From Ascoidea asiatica JCM 7603 (Eukaryota > Fungi > Ascomycota), in assembly GCA_001600695.1 (NCBI GenBank), contig BCKQ01000001.1:1587857-1610353 (forward strand): a DNA stretch of 22,497 nucleotides, in the 5' to 3' direction. The translations under genes were made by a program, and so were the position numbers. Below are positions 1 to 8,000 of this stretch, one piece after another (position 1 is the first letter of the stretch; each line of letters opens with the position of its first letter). The notes under the pieces were generated by a model. It ran no database searches. It saw only the letters and a list, made by a program, of their open reading frames with translations, and was not told the DNA's origin.

Positions 1-81
<81 letters not shown>
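1..81. repeat. (TAT)27 trinucleotide microsatellite, probably coding poly-Asn on the minus strand
   Basis: Perfect TAT repeat at 1-81. Confidence 0.95.
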
Positions 82-82
<1 letters not shown>

Positions 83-160
83 TAAGTTATTAATATCATC
101 ATTTGAAGGATGTTGAAATTGATACTGTAATTTTCCAGAATAATAATGAGAATATGACAT
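1..160 (-). CDS. 5' end of an unidentified protein-coding gene truncated by the window edge (MSYSHYYSGKLQYQFQHPSNDDINNLNNNN...)
   Basis: ATG at 160-158 in A-rich context (caaaaaATGtca). The frame is open to the window edge, and the (TAT)n tract reads as poly-Asn like other genes here. Not in the ORF track. Confidence 0.7.
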
Positions 161-790
161 TTTTTGAATAAATTTATTAATATTAATAATTCAATGGTAA
201 CTTAAGAGTAAATGAAGAGTAAATGAATTGTGAATGAAAGAGTAAAAGTAGTTTATATAAAGATTTATTATATAATTTATATATAATAATTTATATATTA
301 ATTGAATATAAATTGATTAAATATATTGAATGTAATAAGTTGAAAGTAATATACTATAATTTAATTGAATAAATTACATAGATAAATTAGATAAATGAAT
401 TAAATAAAAGAATTTTCTTAAATTTTAAGGAAATATGTAAAGGGGGTTAAATAAATTTAAATGAATTGATAAAATTAAAATAATTGGAATATATTGGAAT
501 AAATTGAAACAAAATGAAATAATTGGAATAATATATGAATAGCAAGATAAATTAATTAATTAAATTAGCAAATATTGAAATATAGTTATATAATTCCTAG
601 TTGATTATTTATAAATTTGACTTTAATTTCTTTATATATGATATATATATTGTATTTCTGATTAAGATTAGATAGATTATTACTTTTAGATATTTTGATA
701 AGACTAAAATTCAATCAAAATTAAGGCGATTTATTTATTTAAGTGAGTATTATTGATCTAAAGCGAATTGAAGAGGTTAATATTTTATGA

Positions 791-845
791 TTGATAATTA
801 ATAATTGATAATTAATAATTGATAATTGATAATTGATAATTGATA
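791..845. repeat. 7-bp tandem repeat TTRATAA, about 8 units
   Basis: ttgataa-ttaataa-ttgataa-ttaataa-ttgataa-ttgataa-ttgataa-ttgata. Confidence 0.9.
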
Positions 846-1168
846 TTTTATAATCTATGATGAAATTAAAGATTGAAGAGAAGAAAAGAGAAAAGAAGAG
901 AAGAGTGAAATTTTAATAGATAAAGAATCAATTTAGAAATTTCAAACAATGGAAATTGTTAAGATGAATTGAATTGTGATTTAAGAGTATTTAATATGAT
1001 AATATGATAATAGAAATATATTACTACTGTAGTACAGTAGTTATGTGGATATTATACTTTTTTAGGTCTACAGTACAGTAATATTAACAGTGATTAACAG
1101 TGGTAATAAATAGTAATGGGAAAGGATAGCAGAGGTTGGAGTGGTGGTGGTTGTGGTGGTCTTCAGAG

Positions 1169-1534
1169 TGCTGGTAGTAACGCACTCTCAGGACTAAATA
1201 ATGCAGTAATCTGCTAGTAATCTGCTAGTAATTATCGTCCCTCGAGAGTGGCAGAACAAGCGAAGAGAAGAAAAACAAGAGAAAGCAGGCATGGCTACGG
1301 AGTCGAACCGCGAGCGTGGGAGGAGAATGTCGCAGGCACTGGCTCTGTTTCCAGTAACACTGCCATCAGTAACACTGTTTCCAGTTCTACGGGACTACTT
1401 TTACTGCTACTCATACCGCTGGCCATTCCTTGCTGGTTCTTGTTCTTGTTCTCTCGTATAAGTCACGTTGCCGAATAAGCGCTGGCTATGGTTGTTATTC
1501 TTGTTACGGTTGTTACTGCTAATTATCGCTGGTT
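1169..1534 (-). promoter_or_regulatory. Cluster of Ace2/Swi5-type sites (RRCCAGCR) in a GC-rich upstream island
   Basis: YGCTGGYY at 1417, 1431, 1480 and 1527 (perfect) and TGCTGGTA at 1169, all in the same orientation, upstream of the leftward gene. Confidence 0.5.
1299..1309 (-). promoter_or_regulatory. Isolated RNA polymerase III B-box (TFIIIC site, ETC-like)
   Basis: Minus strand reads GGTTCGACTCC, a perfect GGTTCGANTCC match. I could not find a canonical A-box or a cloverleaf. Confidence 0.5.
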
Positions 1535-1850
1535 CTCCTTTTCTTTTTATTCTCTTAATCCTTTAGTCTCACTATACCACCACTGTGGGTTTTCTGTTAG
1601 TTCGCCCTTACTTCCGTCGGATATAATCTATCCTAACTTTACTTCACTGTATTTCTTCATTTACCTATTTCTTTAACTCTTAATTGATTATAATCAATAA
1701 AGAATAAATATTAATTGAACTTAGATTATAAAATATAAATTATGAATTAAGCAAATTAGATTAGCATTGTATTGAAACAGTTTACATCATATATAAAAAA
1801 ACAGATAACTTGAAAATCAAAGTCAAAGTTAATAATAAAAACAACAAAGC

Positions 1851-1891
1851 AAAAAAAAAAAAAAACAATACAACAACAACAACAACAACAA
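1851..1891. repeat. A15 tract plus (CAA)7 in the 3' flank of the sorting nexin gene
   Basis: Read directly from the sequence. Confidence 0.85.
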
Positions 1892-1949
1892 CACAAAAAT
1901 ACAAAAATACAATTATAACAAAGCAACTTTTATAAATTATTTTCATAAA

Positions 1950-4409
1950 TTATTTATTAAATTCATTTTTAAATTCTTCCCATGATTCCAAATCACTTCT
2001 TAACCAATCTAAGATAATTTTTGTGAAATTTAATAATATTTTTTTTAATTCAATTTTTTTAAAATTTTTTTCATAATTAATTAATTCAATTGAAATTTTT
2101 TCATTTAATTCATTAAATTCAACATTTGATAGTTTTATCAAATTTTCTAAATTTTCAATCTCAAATTTTAATTTAACTAAATTTTTAATTCGAGTTTTTT
2201 CGGGATTTGAATCATAAACTTTTTCTTTAAAAACTGTTGTAAGATTCTTTATTGCTCCTCCAATTCGAAAGCTATTACTAATTCCAGTTCCAAATCTTAA
2301 ATAACTTCCACTACCATTACCACTATTACTACTAGTAATATTATTATTACTTATATTATTATGTGGTGGTACACTTTTACTATACTTTTTCAAATCCATT
2401 TTTGATTTATTATTTCCATTCCCATTTCCATTATCATCACTTTGACTTTCATTAAATATATTCAAATTTGTTCTTTCTGAATATTTTAAATTAATTAATT
2501 GACTTTTTTTATTTTCTAAATTACTTTTGATTATATTAATTTGATAATATTTCTTATACCTAAATTTAATTAATTTCTTTACAATATTACTAAATTGTAA
2601 AATTTCTTCTAATGGTTCTTGAATATTTAAATATAATTTATTAATTAAATTATTTTTCATATTTAAATAATTTAAATCATAAATTGATGAAATTTTTTCA
2701 ATTATTAAATTTAAATTAATTTCAATATCATTATTTTTTAAAAAAATTTCTTTAATTCTTTTATTATCATTATTATCATTATTATTTTCATTATCTTCAT
2801 TTTTCTTATCTATTAAAAATAATTTATTTTCATTTATTAATGAAAATGAGTTAAATAATGTTGATAAATCTGTTAATAATATTGAAACTTCTTGAAAATT
2901 TCTTAAAATTCTTTTATTAGTTTTTTCAATTCCATTTGTTATTAAATTCTCATATTCATTACTATTATTCTCAATTCTATCAAAATTTAATTGTTCTCCA
3001 AAATTTCCATTTATTTTCTTATAATTATTATAATCATAACTTATCTCATTCTCATTCTCATTCTCATTATCATTATCATTTTCATTATTATTTGGCCGTT
3101 GTATATCATCTTCATTATCACCCTCTTCTTCTTCTTCTTCATAATCTTGTGGAATAATATTTGATGTTGAAATCTTTGAATTATTTGAACTTGTTGGATT
3201 AATTTTATCTAATGCTGAAGGTACTGGTAAATAACTATGTAAATTTGTTGAATTTTCTGGATTTATTGGATTTGTTTTTAAATAATTCTTTGGTATATCA
3301 ATTATTGGTTTAATATTATAAATATCATTCCAATTAAAATTAGAATCTAAAAATTTATTAAATAATATTGATTCTTTAATTTTATCAATTAATATACATC
3401 TTTTTAAAAAATTTGTTAACATTCTTTTACGATGTTCAATCAATTCACTTGAATTCATATTTAAACTCATTCCAATACCTCCAATATTTAAATTTATATT
3501 ATCATTCACAATATTATTACTATTACCAGAATTATTATTAATATTATTTCCATTATTAGTACTATTATTATAATCTATTGAATTATTATTACTTATAGAA
3601 TTTGATATGGAATTTGTATTAGATTTAATTGTTGATTTAATTGTTGATGTTGAAACATAATGGGATACTGACTCTTTTTCTGGTATTGGTGGAATTATTA
3701 AATATGGAAATAATCTAATTAATAAATTTCTTAAACTTTCAAATTCTGAATATCTTCTTTTAACAATAAATTGATTTTTTAATTTTAAATTTTTTAATTG
3801 AATTGTATAAACTATATATCCTCTTGAATGTTCTTCATTACTTTTTGATGCATCAATTATATTTATTGATAAGTTTTTACAATTTCTTAAATTTTGTTCA
3901 ATTCTACTAGAAAATTCATAATTATTATTATTCTCATCTTCATTTTCATTTTCATTTCTACTATTAGAATTACTTTGTTTTGAATTTTGATTTTGTTCTT
4001 CAGATTTATATTTCTTGTTTATTTGCTCAATTAATGTTAAGTCCTTAAATTTATTATCTTTTTGATTGATTTTGTTACTACTGCCGGCATTTACAGTCAG
4101 ATCATCAGGAGAAAGTGGTAAATCCACAAATTGATCACTTTCCATATCATTATCATTTTCATTTAATTTAGATTTATCTTTACTACTATTAGTAGTTATA
4201 TGAAGATTTGATTTTTTTTTATCATTATTATGAATATAATTCTTGTTATTACTATAATTAGTGTTATTTATATTAGTATTAATATTATTATTTTCTGTCA
4301 TCCCTTCATAATCATTTAACTGTTTATAAGTTGGTAGAGAATTTATATCCGCAGTAGAAATTCCTTCTGAGAAAGGATTGTTGTCTTCATCTTCAAATGG
4401 CAATGACAT
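1950..4409 (-). CDS. SNX41: PX-BAR sorting nexin, Snx41/Atg20 subfamily (~819 aa)
   Basis: N-terminal EDEDNNPF; PX motifs YIVYTI, VKRRYSEFESLRNLLIRLFPYLIIPPIPEK and IEHRKRMLTNFL; linker PKNYLKTNPINP..LHSYLPVPS; helical BAR-like C-terminus ending WLRSDLESWEE. The first ATG is at 4409 (the ORF-track start at 4454 is TTG). Snx41 versus Atg20 is not certain. Confidence 0.85.
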   Translation of the reverse strand: MSLPFEDEDNNPFSEGISTADINSLPTYKQLNDYEGMTENNNINTNINNTNYSNNKNYIHNNDKKKSNLHITTNSSKDKSKLNENDNDMESDQFVDLPLSPDDLTVNAGSSNKINQKDNKFKDLTLIEQINKKYKSEEQNQNSKQSNSNSRNENENEDENNNNYEFSSRIEQNLRNCKNLSINIIDASKSNEEHSRGYIVYTIQLKNLKLKNQFIVKRRYSEFESLRNLLIRLFPYLIIPPIPEKESVSHYVSTSTIKSTIKSNTNSISNSISNNNSIDYNNSTNNGNNINNNSGNSNNIVNDNINLNIGGIGMSLNMNSSELIEHRKRMLTNFLKRCILIDKIKESILFNKFLDSNFNWNDIYNIKPIIDIPKNYLKTNPINPENSTNLHSYLPVPSALDKINPTSSNNSKISTSNIIPQDYEEEEEEGDNEDDIQRPNNNENDNDNENENENEISYDYNNYKKINGNFGEQLNFDRIENNSNEYENLITNGIEKTNKRILRNFQEVSILLTDLSTLFNSFSLINENKLFLIDKKNEDNENNNDNNDNKRIKEIFLKNNDIEINLNLIIEKISSIYDLNYLNMKNNLINKLYLNIQEPLEEILQFSNIVKKLIKFRYKKYYQINIIKSNLENKKSQLINLKYSERTNLNIFNESQSDDNGNGNGNNKSKMDLKKYSKSVPPHNNISNNNITSSNSGNGSGSYLRFGTGISNSFRIGGAIKNLTTVFKEKVYDSNPEKTRIKNLVKLKFEIENLENLIKLSNVEFNELNEKISIELINYEKNFKKIELKKILLNFTKIILDWLRSDLESWEEFKNEFNK

Positions 4410-4696
4410 TGATATTATTATTATATCCTTATTGATATTAATGTAATATATCAATTAACAATTAATTGATTGAATTGATAGTCTATGAATTACAAATATA
4501 TTAAATAAAAATATTTATTTTTAATCAATATATTAGTTAAATATTTTTGAACTCACTTAATCTATCCACATCCTAATCTCAAGCTGATTCAGATTCAAAT
4601 ATCTGATACGATATTTTGCTGTTGGTGACAATACAAGTAACGTCAACGTTAGTTACTCTAACTTTATTAAAAACTTTAAAAACTTTGAAGGTAATA

Positions 4697-4704
4697 CACG
4701 TGAC
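4697..4704 (-). promoter_or_regulatory. Cbf1-type E-box (GTCACGTG) in the divergent SNX41/MER3 promoter
   Basis: CACGTGAC matches RTCACGTG on the minus strand. Confidence 0.5.
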
Positions 4705-5062
4705 AAGGAATTCTCCATTCCTGGCCTCCTTTTATTTTCTTCCCATTGTTCGTCCTAATTCGGATTTTGAATTCAGACTCAAATAAAGGTATATTTCAAT
4801 CAAATATATTCAAGTCAGCCTTTACATTTAATGGAATATCACACAGAATTCCTTACTGTTTTATTAATTCAACTTATATTTTTAATCAGCGCAAGACTTT
4901 CCTTATATTAAAATTATTTCAAAACACTAACAAGAGATCATATTTTTCTCAAACTTCAGTTTAATTGCCTGCAAAACAAGTATCAATCAGCGCTTATTTT
5001 CATTTTCGTAAATCAATAAATTCAGTTCAATAATTCGAATCACTTCAAATCTGCTAAAATAA

Positions 5063-8000
5063 ATGGGTTCTTTTTTAGATAAATTTGCAAAATATATTGA
5101 AGATGAAGAACTAGATGAGCTTTATGGTATTTAAAACCTTTTAATATTAATTTTAATTTTGATCTCCAATTAATTTTCCTAATCTAACCAATAAAATATT
5201 TTGCTTAAAAAAATAGCTCCAGATTTGCCAACTTCAAAATCGAGTGTTCCATTTCATTTACCATCCGATAATATCTGGAATAATAGTTTACCAAATCGGT
5301 TACATGACAACTTTCAAAATAATACACCTGATGAACATTCTTCCTATCACCCTTCGAGTATAGGTCCAAAACCTGGTTCAAGCCAATTCAGAGCTCAATT
5401 TTCTTATGACAAAAATAATAATGAAATTGAATCTATTGAAGATTTTCAAGATCTTGATGATATTTGTGAAATTGATCAGGTTCCACCTATTCTGAATCGT
5501 CGAGGTTTGAGTAAAATTCAAGAAATTGATAAAATATATTATAATAATAATAGTTTAAATAACAATTTGAATAATAATCAATTTAATATTAGGAAAAGAA
5601 TGATCAGTAGTTCATTTAGTCCAATTAACTCAAATGGAAGAGATTCAGTTAATGAATCTTTTAATTCTCCAATTATTTCAAATAAATATCCAAATTTACC
5701 ATTTAGGAATAATAATTCCCAGTGTCATAATTCTAATTATACGCCTAATTATCTAAAAAATAATTCTATTAACTTAACTCAAAGACCAATCAATAAAGTA
5801 AATTCCTTTCAGTCATTTCAGTCATTTCATTCTTCTCAGTCTGTTCCTTCAAACTTTTTTGCTACTACTACTGATGCAGGTACCGCTACTTCCATTACCA
5901 ATGTTAGCAATAATATCAGTAATAATCATCGCCAAATTAAAACAAATGTAAATGATAATTCAAAAGAAAGTTATAATTTCAAAGAAAATTACAATCCTAC
6001 TTTCATGAATAATCATTATCAGACTGAAAAATCTAATCCCAATAATACTCCAATCCCCAACTCAAATTTAAACTTTACTTATGCTCAAAGAAATCCCAAT
6101 ATTGAAACCAAAAAATTTAATTCATTTTCAAATTCCAGTCGTTTTCATTCTCAAAATATAAATTCATCGCATTATAACACAACCAATGAGCCGAATCATA
6201 TAAGTGTTTATAAATTGCCTGATAGAATTAGAGGAGTTTTCAATTTTGATTATTTTAATCCTATGCAATCAAAATCTTTTCATATGGTTCATGAAACTAA
6301 TAATAATTGTGTGATAAGTTCTCCAACGGGTTCTGGAAAAACTGTTTTATTTGAATTAACTATTTTAAAGCTTCTTTATAATAATGATAAAGCATATACT
6401 CAAAATATTAAAGTATTATATATTGCTCCTACAAAAGCTTTATGTGTTGAAAGATATGATGATTGGAACAAGAAATTTTCTTCTTTAAATATAACAGTTG
6501 GTCTATTAACAAGTGATACGTCAAGAGTTGAATCAGATAGAGTTAAAAAATCAAATATAATCATAACTACTCCCGAAAAATGGGATTTGTTAACCAGAAG
6601 ATGGTTTGATTATAATAAACTATTTGATCTTGTAAAATTATTATTAATTGATGAAATTCATATTTTAAGAGATAAGAGAGGCTCAACTTTGGAAGTAGTT
6701 GTAACAAGAATGAAATCTTTATGTCCAACCCTAAGAATCGTCGCTTTGTCTGCAACTATTCCTAATATTGAAGACATTTCAAGCTGGATCAAACTTGATT
6801 GCTCTTTTTCTCAAATGAGACCTGCAATTACTCTTGTATTTGGTGATGATTATAGACCAACAAAACTTAATAGATTTATTTATGGTTATCATAATTCAGG
6901 AAATGATTTTGGTTTTGATACAATTCTTAATAATAAGCTTGTTGAGGTATTGAGAAAGCATAGTTTTGGAAAGCAAGTTTTAATTTTTTGTCCAACAAGA
7001 AAAATTTGTTTCACTACTGCTAAATATGTTGCAGAAAATTGTATGAATACATTTTCCATTTCTGCAGGTTCCTCTTTTGCTATAAAAGACAGAGAACTTT
7101 CTCAATTAGCCAAAAATGGAATAGGTTATCATCACGCTGGTTTATCTTTTGAAGATCGAGTATCTGTACAGAAAAATTTCTTAAATGGTTCAATTAAAGT
7201 TTTATGCTGTACTTCAACTCTTGCAGTTGGTGTGAATCTTCCAGCATTTTTGGTAGTTATAAAAGGTACCAAAAGTTGGGTTAATGGAGGATTCATAGAT
7301 TATTCCGAGTTAGATATTTTACAAATGATCGGTAGAGCAGGAAGACCTCAATTTGAAAAAGAAGCAAATGCAGTTATTATGACAACATCCAAGGATAAAA
7401 TTAGATATGAAAAGCTAGTTCGAGGTACGGAAAAAATAGAAAGTTGTCTTCATTTGAATTTTTTGGAAAACTTAGCAGCTGAAGTATGCCTTGGAACAAT
7501 TGTTTCTGTTCAAACTTCAGTAAACTGGTTACGCAATACTTTTTTCTATACAAGATATATTGCCAATCCTTCTGCATACAAGGAATTGCAACTTTTCAGA
7601 TCTATAACTCATGGAAATTTAGATGATCAATTAGAAAGTTTTTGTGAAACACAACTGAAAGAGCTAGAGGATAATAACATCATAAAGTTTGAAGGAGAAA
7701 GGTATAAACCAACGCCATTTGGAGAAGCCATGACCAAACATTATATCTTTTTTGATACAATGAAAAAAATAATCAATTCTCCCAACGGTCTTTTGCTTAA
7801 AGAAGTTTTATTTCTTGTTTCGAGCTCTTCAGAATTTAAAGATGTAATTTATCGAAGGTCCGAAGGTAAATTAATTAAGACTATTAACTCTTCTCCTCTT
7901 ATAAAATTTCCTTTGAAAATATCCGAAAGTCAACCTACTAGTGCTGATAAAGTTTTTTTACTTTTTCAATACGAATTAGGCGGACTTGAATATCCATCAT

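Noticed and set aside
1280-1390. Complete tRNA gene around the B-box
   Set aside because: No A-box/D-arm, anticodon arm or 7-bp acceptor stem could be built.
1248-1676. ORFs 1248-1478 and 1488-1676
   Set aside because: Short with no recognisable domain, and the first starts at GTG. They overlap the regulatory GC island, where stop codons are rarer.
4410-4454. ORF-track N-terminal extension of the sorting nexin (also the TTG start at 5201 for MER3)
   Set aside because: These are non-ATG bacterial-style starts; ATG 4409 and the spliced ATG 5063 fit better.
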